Source of the DNA: Craspedostauros australis
Lineage: Eukaryota
Length of the DNA stretch: 64,000 nt
Assembly (NCBI GenBank): GCA_030167865.1
Contig: JALAGF010004359.1
Coordinates: 1-64,000, forward strand
Reading direction: 5' to 3'
Shown: positions 1-11,967 of the stretch, piece after piece
Layout of the letters: each line of letters starts with the position of its first letter
Position numbering within the stretch: position 1 is the first letter of the stretch
The notes under the pieces: model-generated
Seen by the model: only the letters and a program-made list of their open reading frames with translations
Told to the model about the DNA's origin: nothing
Databases searched by the model: none
Program-made: the position numbers and the translations under genes

Positions 1-155
1 ACACGCACGTCACCATCCCCCTTTTTCACCGATTCGATCAACGCTGTTGGTGCTGCAACTACTTCTATGCCTGTGCCTGTGCCTATCCATTATCCTGTAT
101 TGCATATGCTTGCACGCTCCCATTGTCAAAACTCGACCAACGCATGCCACAACAG

Positions 156-1641
156 CTACTGGATCCGATCATCGAAGCGCTCATCCGACGAGGAGAGTGT
201 CACGAGCGAGGGTACCATCTCGGAGATTAACATTCACCTGACCGGAGGCGATGGAAAGACATCGGGCCACGGCAAGCATGCTCAAGGTGCGGCAGGGACC
301 GATTCCAAAGCCATGATCAACTACCGAGAGAAGACATCGCGGTTGGTGGAGTGGAACGTCGAGATGTTGCTGCACATCATCCGACACATCGTGGCTCGTA
401 GGGAGGCCACACAGCAGCAGCAGCAACAGCAGTCCCTTTCCCCGAAGTCGTCACAGTCGTTGCTGTCCAGGAACAAGAACTCCAGCCATGGCCAAGAGAG
501 TACGGCAGTTGTGGACAACTTCGATTCCAACCATCTCCATCCGCTCGATGAAGTCGAAGAGATCATCCACCTACCGGCATACGACCAACAGGTCGGGCGC
601 ATGGAGATGGATCCTGATCACGTTACCATCGATCTAACCATCGTGAACCAGCTTCGATCCTTCGTGTCCAACATCGCCATGATGTACAGAGACAATGCGT
701 TCCATAACTTCGAGCATGCGTCGCATGTCACCATGTCCGTCGTCAAGCTGCTGGCTCGCATCGTGGCACCTACTGATCTCGACGAAATCAAGCAGGCGAC
801 ACAGCACAGCACAGCAACCAACGATGACAATGGCAATGATGGCGATGGGGATAGGAGCGATAACAGAGACGTCGCAGCCACGTTGCATGATCACACGTAC
901 GGCATCACGTCCGATCCGCTCACCCAGCTCGCCTGCGCATTCTCGGCCATGATCCACGATGTGGATCATGCTGGCATCCCTAACGCGCAGCTCGTCAAGG
1001 AGAACACCCGGATCGCGAAGATTTACAACAACAGATCTGTCGCGGAACAGAACTCCCTGGCGCTGTCGTGGGAGCTGTTCGTGTCTGACGAATACAGGGA
1101 CCTCAGGGCGTGCATCTGCGCCACACCGACGGAGCTGAAACGCTTCCGGCAGCTTGTCGTCAACGGCGTCATGGCCACCGACATCGTCGACAAGGAGCTG
1201 AAGCAGCTGCGCAACAACCGATGGGACAAGGCTTTCGACAAGGTCCATCACGAATCGGTTAAGGATGCCACGAACCGCAGGGCGACTATCGTGATCGAGC
1301 ATCTGATCCAGGCCAGCGACGTGGCGCACACCATGCAGCATTGGCACGTGTATCGCAAGTGGAACCAGCGGTTCCTGCAGGAGTGCTACGCCGCGTACAA
1401 GGCAGGTCGGGCTGAATCGAACCCACTGGATGGTTGGTACGAGGGCGAGCTGGGGTTCTTCGACTTCTACATCATCCCGCTGGCGAAGAAGCTGAAGGAT
1501 TGCGGAGTGTTTGGCAAGTCGAGCGACGAGTATCTGAACTACGCACGCGCCAATCGCAAGGAATGGGAGTATCGGGGCAAGGAGATCGTGGCCGAAGCGA
1601 AACGATTGATGGATCAAGAGGCAGCAGCAGAAGAGGAGTAG
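156..1641 (+). CDS. 3' exon of a class I cyclic-nucleotide phosphodiesterase, probably the C-terminus of a diatom guanylate/adenylate cyclase-PDE fusion (5' part outside window)
   Basis: Motifs FHNFEHASHV, HDVDH, MATDI, QASDVAHTMQHW, GFFDFYIIP. Bases 1-155 look intronic and end in ACAACAG. The exon resumes C-TAC-TGG, giving the (T)YW typical of the end of class III cyclase domains, so the ORF-track start at 67 is probably intronic. Confidence 0.9.
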
Positions 1642-1888
1642 GGTCTGGAGGGGATGGCTGCTGTTACAGAGGAGTGAACAATGTGTATGACACCGCAAGG
1701 GTTGCTGTGACGACCGTGAAAGAAACGATGTTAAGTACGCTGTTGTAATGGAATGTATACTTTGATTTTCATGACGTCAAGAGAGGCTTGTTGTTGTGTT
1801 CTCGCGAGAGTGTACGCGTAGTGGTCTCATCATTGTTACTATTGCTGTTATGTGTAGTAAGTTACATACTCGTAGAGTACTGGTATGC

Positions 1889-3430
1889 TCATCGTGTCTC
1901 CGCCACGGACACAGTCATCGTTGACGTGGTGATTGTGGAGATGATCCTTGCGGAATGTCCCAGTCCGGACGGCAAAGAGGCTTGTGCGCCGCCGCAAAAG
2001 AAATGCTGCAGCTCTTGTTGCGATTGCGCAGTCGACTCCTGACGACGCCTGTGATGAAAGCGCCGGCGACGCAGGAATGCCCTGTCTAGTTGCGGTGCAA
2101 CCTCGTTGGGTCCCAAGGTGACGTGAAAGGACTCGAGGGTGCTGACCGAAATGCCGTTGGCTTGCGCAACGTCGCGAAGTTCGCGGGCTGCGTCATCGTT
2201 GGGAGACTGGAAGTACTCCATGATGTATCCCAGCAGTTCCCCTTTCGCAAATGCATCCGAAAAGTCCTGCTTCTTTGCGGTCTCCGTTTGCTGCGTTGAA
2301 CGTGGGGGGTCCGTGATGGAGAACGTGGTCGTGGCCATGGAGACGTCGGAATCGGCGCCTGGCACCCTGCTGAACTTGGTGGCGCACGGGATGTCCATCT
2401 TCCGCTTCATCCCATCGCCGACCGAATTCCAATGTTTCATGAAGACCTGCGATGTTGCATCTGACTGTGGCTGCGTGGGCGCGTTGTTGCTGCATCCCAT
2501 GAATTTCATAAAGTCGCTCATGAAGGGCTGATAGTGGTCGTCGGTGCTGCTGTGGTTGTTGTTGTGTGAGGGTGGCGTTGATTTGGATCGCTCATTCTTT
2601 TCCTGTGTCGGTGGATAATGGATGATGCCATTGCGCACGAGTCGCGTATCGGCGCCCATGGCGATGTTGCCGGCCGATGAGCGCACGCAGCATTCCGCGG
2701 CCTGGTTGAGAGCTTCGTTGCTGCCGAGGGGGGAGACGGACTTGTACGATATCCTTGCCTGCTGATGCCAAGCATTGATGCTGTTGTCGTTGTCATTGTT
2801 GGTGTTGCTGTCGATGGTGGCATTCTGGGTATCGGCAACGCTCGCGCGTGGTGGAGATGCTGCCGCTGCTGTGGAAGATGATGAAGAGGAAGAAGATGAC
2901 AGGGATGATGTGGAAGAAGTGCAAACTCCATAGCTTGGCTGATCAGAGCGGTCTTCATCCAACGGATTGAGCCAGGAGGCTGCCCTCATTCTGCTGTCGG
3001 GCTCGCTGCCCTTCACACCGCTGTGCAATTTGGATGCGTCGATGACGTACACGGTGCTCGGAGCACCATTGCGGTTGGCATTCTGTTTGCTTTTGCTTCT
3101 CCTCTGAGCTCTGGTGTTGACTTTGCTTCTGCTGGGGCCAGTCTTCTTGAATCTTCTGTTAATGTTGTTGCCGCTGTTGCTGTTGCTGTTGCCCCTAACC
3201 TTGTGGATGCTGTTGGTGTTGTTGACAGCCACATCATTCTCGCCACCGTCGCCATCCAGCAAACTGGACGTGTACGTTACTCTGGGTGGGCTGTATTCAA
3301 GCGATGAGCTGAGGCTGGAGTCGCTCTCGCTGTCCTCGGCTGGCCTCGTGAAGAAGGCTGCGTCGGGAGTTCTGATCGGCGTTTTCCTCATCTTTCTTCT
3401 CGGAGTTCGGTGGCTGGTCCCAAGATTCAT
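1889..3430 (-). CDS. Hypothetical low-complexity Ser/Asn-rich protein
   Basis: Long open frame; plausible ATG at 3430 (MNLGTSHR); no recognisable domain. Confidence 0.6.
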   Translation of the reverse strand: MNLGTSHRTPRRKMRKTPIRTPDAAFFTRPAEDSESDSSLSSSLEYSPPRVTYTSSLLDGDGGENDVAVNNTNSIHKVRGNSNSNSGNNINRRFKKTGPSRSKVNTRAQRRSKSKQNANRNGAPSTVYVIDASKLHSGVKGSEPDSRMRAASWLNPLDEDRSDQPSYGVCTSSTSSLSSSSSSSSSTAAAASPPRASVADTQNATIDSNTNNDNDNSINAWHQQARISYKSVSPLGSNEALNQAAECCVRSSAGNIAMGADTRLVRNGIIHYPPTQEKNERSKSTPPSHNNNHSSTDDHYQPFMSDFMKFMGCSNNAPTQPQSDATSQVFMKHWNSVGDGMKRKMDIPCATKFSRVPGADSDVSMATTTFSITDPPRSTQQTETAKKQDFSDAFAKGELLGYIMEYFQSPNDDAARELRDVAQANGISVSTLESFHVTLGPNEVAPQLDRAFLRRRRFHHRRRQESTAQSQQELQHFFCGGAQASLPSGLGHSARIISTITTSTMTVSVAETR

Positions 3431-3935
3431 TTTTGTGATCTGTGTGTTGATACAGTCGAGCCGATTGGGTTGACGACTGCTTGGGTTTGGAAGCCAAGCG
3501 CTGAAACGATGGTGTCGACTGTACTCCAAGAGAGACGGCCAAGTAAAGTACTCAACTCTAAGCTTCTGATGAAAGCTGATCGAGCAACGTTTGGGGAACT
3601 CGCGTCGAGATAGTGCAAGTATTATGTTGTTGTGTTGACTCAACCGTGCCTGGACAAGCGTGGAAAGAGTTGGGGTGTGAACAATCGTGGGAATGACGCT
3701 GGCAGGGGACGCGGGCAGAGGTGTTTGTATGGATGCGGACTGATGAATGAGAGAGTATGCGTATGTATTGGTGCAGGTCCGTCCTCTCTCGCGCACCTCT
3801 TTGAGATTTTGAAGATGTGTCGGTGCTTCTGTTCGCGCAACGCTCGTGATGTGAGACTGCGTGTTCGTACTCGTGGAATACTGTAGCGCTCTTTTCGTGC
3901 TCTCTCTTTGAATTCGATGTGGATGTGATGTGAGT

Positions 3936-3983
<48 letters not shown>
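3936..3983. repeat. (ATG)16 microsatellite
   Basis: Perfect trinucleotide run read directly. Confidence 0.95.
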
Positions 3984-5302
3984 TGTGAACCTTCACAAGT
4001 TGATTGTCTGCCACAAAGCTACGTTACTTCTCTTCTGCTTCTCGGTTGACTCCTTTGTGTTGTTGCACACTCTCTCGTGAACTTTGCCATCGGTGGATGC
4101 AGGAAAAAGGTCCGTCGCCATCAACAACACCAACGTCGACTTGGATGCCGGTGTTGCTGACACTGTTTTGGGCGCTGAGCAAAATGGCGGCAACGCGCAG
4201 TCAATCCAACGAGGAGCTGAATGATGAGCTCAACGAGGAGCTGAATGTCCGAACATGCCTCCACAACACCACACCCACACAGAGAAGCGCCCTCCTCGCC
4301 ATTTGGAGCCACAAAGCTGTCACTTGCCGCTCTCGCGCTCACTCGCTCTGATTTGAAGAAGGCAACCGATCAACCAGTGAACTAACGAGGACGGACATCT
4401 GGAATCGCGTGGGCAGTGATGTCTTTTTGCACAATCCAGAGACCGCCCCGTGCCTCATTCTTCTCGCCGGCCCGCCCGCCCACACACGTCTCCCTCCAAT
4501 TAGAGGCCTTTTGGCACCACATTCGCTTCTCCCACCCTTTTTACCTCTCCGGCATCGCCGCTATTGCGGTTTGTTTGTCTCGCACTGCCTTTTTCACTCG
4601 TGTTGGCGAGCGCGGGACATGCGACCGTTCGCCCTTAGTTCTGTGCCACCATCACAACAAAAGCAGAGCCAAGAATTTCGAATTCAGAAGACTTCGGCAT
4701 GACAATCCGTTTCAGGTCATTTGGCGGCAGCGGCAACTGATCCATCCACGTTTGTTACCACGATTGAGCAACCTTGGTCTGCCCAGTCGATATCAATCAT
4801 GATCGAGTCTTGCATTGACTCACAGGACCAACTCGCTCATTCCAAACTCGATCCCAAACACAGACACAGACGCGCCTTGTGTCGTCACAGAACAGGCATC
4901 ATCGAAAACCCGGAACAACGATGACACCAACGCGAACATGGCACAAGGTTCCGTCACGGAAGCACAACCAAGGTGAAGACCATCATCCTGAGAAGTGCAC
5001 ACAGAACAGAGACGGGCATCAACACAAACCACACTCCACCACCCTACCACATTCGACACCATTCATACTCGTGCTCGTGCTCACAGCACCATACAAATCA
5101 GCTTCCGTCTGGATCTTGCTTGCCTTGATTCGTCTTTTGCATCCTTCGTGAAGCCTCTCCATCGCAACATCCCATACCATACCAATACTCAGCGCTCGAC
5201 TCGGTGACAAGGCAATACGGTCGAGTTCCGAACGATCCATCAAAACCCGAAGCAGAGCAGCAGCAGCGGCAGCGGCAACGGCAACGGCAGAAAGGAAGAA
5301 CC

Positions 5303-6098
5303 ATGGCCAGCCGGTTGAGGCAGCTTGCCACCACTCTGTCCTCTCAGAGGGCCTTGAGGGTACGTTGGTTGTTGCATTGGCAACGTCACATTGGTTTGAT
5401 TTGAATTAAATTGGGTTGGGTTGTTCTCGGTGTTGATCTCCGTGATGGGATGATTTGTGATTGCTTGCTGTCAACAAACCTCACATTCTCGCCAATTGCC
5501 CCGTGCAATACCTTTTGCTATTCGTGTTCTGCCGCTTTACGTACCACCGTACATTCACACGCACACTCACGTATTCATACATCCACACATACATACTCCA
5601 TCGGATTCGTGCCCGTACCGGGACAACCACTGATCGTAGAACACCACCATTGCAAAGGCATGGTCGTCAGATTGCCGGGAGCTGTTTGCAAGCGCTGAAG
5701 GCGAGCGCAATAGCGAAGAGGATGAAGAGACCAACGATGTTGTTGACGAGGAAGTCGATGACCAGCGCATCCGACCCGCACACGTGAACAAAAGGACAGC
5801 TGGAGAGATCGCCGCGCAAAGGCAACATCTCACGATGCTGCAAGAATTGCAACATGTCAAGATGCGCCAGCCTCCGCCAGCGCCCATCCTGAGACCACGT
5901 GCCGTGCAGGAACGGCTGCGTTTCGGCCGGCATCCCACGAATGAAGGCTTGGCGCAAGCTGCTGCGCGCATTCCGCCAATTGGCCATTCAGCTGCCACCC
6001 TCCTGCATACCGAAGAGCCACAGCAACACGTCAACGAATGGCATCAACCTCCAAGCATTCAACCGCAGGATGATTCGTACATGTTCCTGGCACAGTAG
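5303..6098 (+). CDS. Two-exon hypothetical protein (~171 aa), join(5303..5359,5640..6098), possible mitochondrial presequence
   Basis: ATG 5303 gives MASRLRQLATTLSSQRALR; donor GTACGT at 5360; acceptor CTGATCGTAG ending 5639; phase-0 join is in frame with ORF 5784..6098. Confidence 0.65.
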
Positions 6099-9000
6099 GA
6101 TGCTGCACGATTAGAACATGGCATGGCATAGTATTGCTGAGTACTCCATATATGAAGATGACCGCATTCCTGCGTATGAGCGGGTGATGAGATCCCATGC
6201 TGCGTTCCGCAAGTTGTGCATGTGCACGGCCGAGATTTCGTGGTTCCTCCATGTGAGTTCTGACCCATCACGCAAGATTCCTGTCCCGAGAGCAAACCCG
6301 ACTTTGAGCAGCCCAACGGGGACGCACACTGCCGCACATCATGTGACAAACGTAGACTAGTACAACACTCGTAGAGTAGTAAATCCTTTCGCACTCATCC
6401 AGCTGTGAATACATCACTCGTACGCCACAACACTATGCACTGTTCTATTATTCATTCTACTCGTATCATGCGAGTGACATTCGAGTGTCATGCGAGTAGT
6501 AAGAAACATGAATGTATGGATGTTGCTGGCTGGCTGACATCAAGAGATATCAGCGCGTTGCAGCAATTTCATCCGAAGGTGAGCACAGCATCGTAAATCC
6601 TCCGACCGTGTGCGAGGACGACCTACTGCGCCGGTATCACATGCCCAATGCCACGCTCCGCACCCCTGCCGCATCGTCGAGTTGGTGGTCGTTCAACCGA
6701 CACCTCCACCGTCACAGGACCAGGATTCAAAGAGGGGATAGGCTTGCACACTGCTGTTCCGGCGAGACCGTTTTGCTGCAAAGGAATAGGAATGTGTTGG
6801 GTACTCCAGAGTAGATAGGTTCATCCTGCCGCCACCTCCTTTGATGTCTAAGCGTACGCCAACACCAAGGAGGAGTTTCATGCCTGTTGTCTTGGAATCC
6901 ATCCTTCGTGCGGTTTGCTGTCGTCGTTGGTGTATGCCGCGACCATTCGCTCCGACTATTCCGAGTATTCTACAATCTATGCGTGGCGGAATGTATAGTA
7001 TTTGGGTTCGTCGTCTCGCTGGATCTTCTTGGAGTATCGTGGCTGCCGCACATGCGTTTTCGCTGCCAGACCAGGAGAGGTCCACTGCCACTTCGGGGTA
7101 GAAGCAAGAGCATTGGATGTCTGCCCCCATAATCGCAATACCCTTCGATGCACCAATTCTCACATGCGGATCGCATCTATGACTTCGTTGATGCTCCTTT
7201 CGCATCCCGGCCCTTCTTCTCGGCGACGGGACATTTTCACAACCCTTCGGTCCCCTATTCGAGAAAGGGAAATGCTGAACTCCATGAGTACGAACACAAG
7301 TAGTCGTACGAATACGAGACTATACTCTCCCCAAACGGCATGCGGAGCAGTCATGGTAGATGCTACAAATATGACAACTCGCGGCGAGTGAACGGCTCAA
7401 TCGCTATGACTTCGCCGGTCGCGTTTAAGGTCACAAGACGGTGAGTCGGACAACATGTGTTAGCGGAAGACCGCGTGCCTTCCCGAGCGCATTCGTATGC
7501 AAGTATAAGTATTGTCCTCTTGGTTCTGCAGATCCATTGCGTCTTTCGATCGTGTGCGTCATCTTTGGAGTGTTCATTTGCCTCATCCTGTCTTGTCATG
7601 TCTTGTCATGTCTTGCCGTCTCTCTGTTGCTTTCGATAAGTTCTCTTGTCCGAGGCAGGGCAGGGGCGCGATCACTCCGTTTGACGACCAGGTCCCAACC
7701 CAGAAAGCCGAGGCATCGACATTGGAGTGGATACTTAGACTAAGTCGAGGCAGGAGCGTTGCATCGCGCATTGACCACCTCAGCGGCAGTCATGGAGACT
7801 ATGTGCGCGCTTGCTCAGGAGAGTCTCTTGTTTTGGCGGAAACGAAGCGAATCTAATGTCGAAGGTGCCGTAGTCTTCTGGGGCCCGAGATGCCCGTGTG
7901 CGAACCCAACTGTTGTGCCAAGTCTCGTGGTTTGTGGAGCACGGATGTTCAGCATAGGATGGGCACATCATACCCGCCGGCATTGGTAGTTGGTTCGGAT
8001 ATCGTATTTATTGGTGTGCTCCTCCGCTCGTGCTCGAAGGTACGAGTATGTATGTTGTCGAACACATTACTCTGGATGAAGATGTTCAGGTCTCGGGGAT
8101 TCTGGAGCCTTCCGTACCAAGACCAGTGGAGGACCAGCAAGAGGAGAAGAGAGCAGAACGCATGTATTCGAGGATGTCTTCCTCTCTCGGGTCACTGTCT
8201 AATGCCTGCGGCGGAACTAGCGGTGGCGACTTGCACAACAACCTTGCTTTGTCAGCGACTGCACTCCCACTCTTGTGCGTGGCGACAAGGCGATAAAGCA
8301 AGATCAGACATGGAGGCCCGTATTCGCAGGATGGAGAGCTCCAGCCGACAGTTTTTTTTTGCGCGCGGAATGCAGATTACTGTGCTTCCATCAAACGGTA
8401 TCGCGCAACTGAGTCCGAAACGACGCTTCACAATCTCGCGCAAGATGATGATCGCTCGTTGCGCTGTGTATCCGTAACCGTGTGCCTCGCGCCACACACG
8501 TCTAATCGTGATGCACGGCGAGAGCGCTTTGTTTTGCTGTGTTGCGCTGAGCTGGGCTCCGTTCTGTTCTGCTTTCCCTTCCCTTGTTGGCGGCTCTCAG
8601 CTCATGTCCCCACTGGGCTGTCATTCGTGTCGCGACTTTTTGTCTTGATTTGTGACGGGACAAGACCAATACGCCCAAGACGTATGCGAAAAAACGTATT
8701 TACGATCAGTAACTCATGGAAGCATCATGTCAATAGCCCAAGGTAAGTGGCCAGATTGGATCGGCTGTTTCGCACTACGAAGTCATTCTCGTTCGTTGTG
8801 ACTATCGAGGCATTGCCGTGGATGAAGGCGATCCAGCATCACGATTGCCGCTGTTACGTTCGCGTTTTTTGCGGATTGTGTCTGAATGACCACCACCGGG
8901 ACAAGCGTTGTGTTTCGCAACCACGTGAAGCCGTGTGCGACGATCGGTGGATTGACGCTACCCAACCGGACAGCTGCAAGCGGCAGTATAATTGTTGATC

Positions 9001-9639
9001 GAGCCGAAAACGACAACTTTTTAGAGTACTCGACTCCCATTCCCAAACACGAGAGGCGCCCCAACGTTCACCACACAACGAGACGAGCTGCAGCGGAGCA
9101 CCGTTTCTCACTTCCATGTCTGTCGTTGTTTGTGCATAAACGAATGCCAAGACATCAACAACGACGGCAAATGCCAGCAGTAATGTCAATCGCAGTCATT
9201 GAGCACCAGCAACACAACCCAAACAAACGCTGGTGACATGATGTTGGGATAGACCAACCAGGCCAACCAGCCACCAATCGGCTGACCAATTGAACAACCC
9301 ACTGGCCGCCCAACCAACCATCCAACCATCCGACCAACCAACCAACTCGCCAGCAAGTGCGTTCCCATCCTCCGGTCTTCCTCTCCGCCATCCACAGAGA
9401 CCCGTGGCTGTGCAGAAGACATCCTGCTCACATCTCATGTCCGAAGTCACTCGATCTCTGTCCCAAACGATCACTCCCACAATCCCGGCCAGTTGGACCA
9501 GACAGAGAAAACGAAACAACGACACAAGGCATCTCGCAAACAACAACATTGTCAGCAACCAGCCATAAAGCATCAACGATCGCCTTGACCTTGACCTTGA
9601 CTTTGACCTCTACCAGTGCCTCCTTCAACCGAAACAGAC

Positions 9640-10473
9640 ATGACCGCCCTCAAAGCCCAGCAGCAGCCCCACGCCAAGTCCCTCCCAACCGTGTCACCAC
9701 CATCATCGCCGCTGCCAACAGCAATCGCAGCCAACGCACCATCAACCACCCCCACCATCGCTAACATCGCAAACATCGCCATGACGAAGCCCGCTTCCCC
9801 AGTCAACACGCACCACGCTGTCAAAGCCACGCTCGCGACGAGATTGCCATCGGCGCCAGCAGGCTTCCCCTGCAAGCGCAAGGCTCAGTCGCAGGACCTC
9901 GATCAGCCAGCATCTGTGGCTGCAGGGGGATTCTCGCTGCATGCGCAGACGGCCCCACCTGTCTCGCCGACAGATGCCACCACCTCGGAGCCGGTCGTTT
10001 CGCAATCGCCGACGTCAGCTCTGCAGTGCACCAACAAACGACGACGGTACCACCGTCGCGGTTCGAAGTGCCAGTCCATGATGGTGGCCACAGCCGTCAC
10101 CTCCATTCGCCAAACCATCGTGGAGTATTCGACCGAGTATCACAGACAGCGGCAGCACGGCGAAGGCCCCCAAGGCCATCACGGCACCACGAACAACAGC
10201 CATTGCAGCAGCGGTGGTCTTCACAATACCGATCACGGCTTCGAGCAGAACCAGAATCACCAACATCGCCGTGCTTCGTTGCTCGCGCATCACCAGCAGC
10301 CTCCGTCAAGCCCGAAGCTGTCCCATCTGGTCGACGAAGCCTTGGAGGTTTCCACCGCGGCGCCAGCAGCACCAGGCATGGCAGATCCCCGAGTCCCTTC
10401 GACAGCGAGTGACTCGACGCAAGCAGCGCCCACCGCAACGAGATCGGGGGATTCTCTGATGGTGCGACCATGA
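9640..10473 (+). CDS. Hypothetical Pro/Ala/His-rich protein with KRRRYHRRGSK motif
   Basis: Open frame from ATG 9640 (MTALKAQQ); low complexity; short basic RRxYxRRGS motif. Confidence 0.6.
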   Translation: MTALKAQQQPHAKSLPTVSPPSSPLPTAIAANAPSTTPTIANIANIAMTKPASPVNTHHAVKATLATRLPSAPAGFPCKRKAQSQDLDQPASVAAGGFSLHAQTAPPVSPTDATTSEPVVSQSPTSALQCTNKRRRYHRRGSKCQSMMVATAVTSIRQTIVEYSTEYHRQRQHGEGPQGHHGTTNNSHCSSGGLHNTDHGFEQNQNHQHRRASLLAHHQQPPSSPKLSHLVDEALEVSTAAPAAPGMADPRVPSTASDSTQAAPTATRSGDSLMVRP

Positions 10474-11967
10474 TGCGGCAATGCTCTTCGACGCAAGCAT
10501 GGATGAGGCCAAGCGGAGACACCAACGAAATGGAGTATGGTGGAGCATAGCGCGTACTACTCTAAGCTTGTCATAGAACGCAGATTCTCGATTGGGGAAA
10601 CTTGAAGCAAAAGTCTCACAAGTATTCGTACGAACATGACAGGTGCCTTCGATGAGACGGTGGGTTGGTGAGCTTGCAGGGTACAGTACGAGCTGCTCGT
10701 ACGCGTACAACTATGAGTTCCTCCGGTTGCATCGTCTTACCGCAGGCGATGAAAGTGATTGATGCCTGTTGTTTGTCATCCTGAGTATGGGAAACGATAC
10801 TGGAGAATAGAGTAGTGCAGAATGGTATTCTCTTGTAATACAGACTCTTATTGAGCTGAGCCAACTCCGAAAGAGCGTTTAGTGCGAAGTATCGGCGCAT
10901 CGAACAAGCGGCGGCACGAGGACGAAGCAAACATTGACCCTTTGTGGTCATGACCTCTCGCTGAAATGGGAGTCGCTCGGTTGTCCCTTGGGATTGATTC
11001 GCTGTCATGTTGCTAAACGCTCTTTGTTCATTCGGAGAGAATCCGTTCTCTCCACATGACCAGGAACCGCGTCATTGAGGAGTGGATGACTCTTACTATG
11101 TGACACAAGAGCGGATATTGTGTGCATCGTACGTGCATACTCTACTCTACATTCAGGCAGAGCATGGTATTCTACATCAGAGCAGAATAAGAGGATCGCC
11201 ACAGCCATCTCCTTAATGAGTCTCTTCGCTCATCACCAAACCGTTGTTGAACGTAGGTATTATATCCCTGAGGATGACGCCACCTGTGATTAGGAGTGGC
11301 GCTGATAGCGTGGATAAAGTGTCTCCTCTTGATTACTCACACGAACAACGCGTCCAGCGGGGCTGTTGCAAATGTTGAGGGAATGGAGGAGCATACCCTG
11401 AAGCTCCAACACAAATACAACTCTCGATACTCTTTATTCCACGCTGCTGCGGGCTACTAAACAAGGACGACACCACAGTGTGCTCTTCTGCGCTCTGTTC
11501 TCCAGGATTAGTCGTGGCACGCTGGTACAACCTGTGGCAATGCCTCTGGACTTCGAGTACAACGAGCGACACGAGCGACACGCGAGAGCACAGTCATTGC
11601 CGTGGCCCGGAAGTCTTTGCTGGGCGATCCCAATGTGCTTCCGAAAGATCTCTTTCTCGTTCTCATACTCGGATGTGCGGTACGGCTCAAGGTTCAACTG
11701 CCCAAGTGTCCAAGCGTTCCAGTTCTGTGCCGCGTCGTGGTAGCAGCGACGACGTGGGCCGTCTCCAGAGAGCAGCCAAACGCAACTCACCCTCTCGGAG
11801 ACGTGGATTCCGCGGCTCCGTCTCTGTTGTTGATGACACCAGCTAGAGACTCCAGACTGTTGACCGGTTGGGCTGATGCCAAGTTCGCACCTTCTCCGGA
11901 TGACACTCAATACCGTCACGTTGACCGGTCTCGTGCTATACTATGAGTATAATAATACTCTATCTGC

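Noticed and set aside
634-1698. Long antisense ORFs opposite real genes (also 12736..13569, 17266..18474, 32509..33606, 41233..43983, 52807..53787)
   Set aside because: Codon-register shadows of motif-bearing genes with C/G-ending codons; translations have no family motifs
11273-11306. SECIS element (ATGA...GA)
   Set aside because: Stem too short, no apical AA, and no selenoprotein with in-frame TGA nearby
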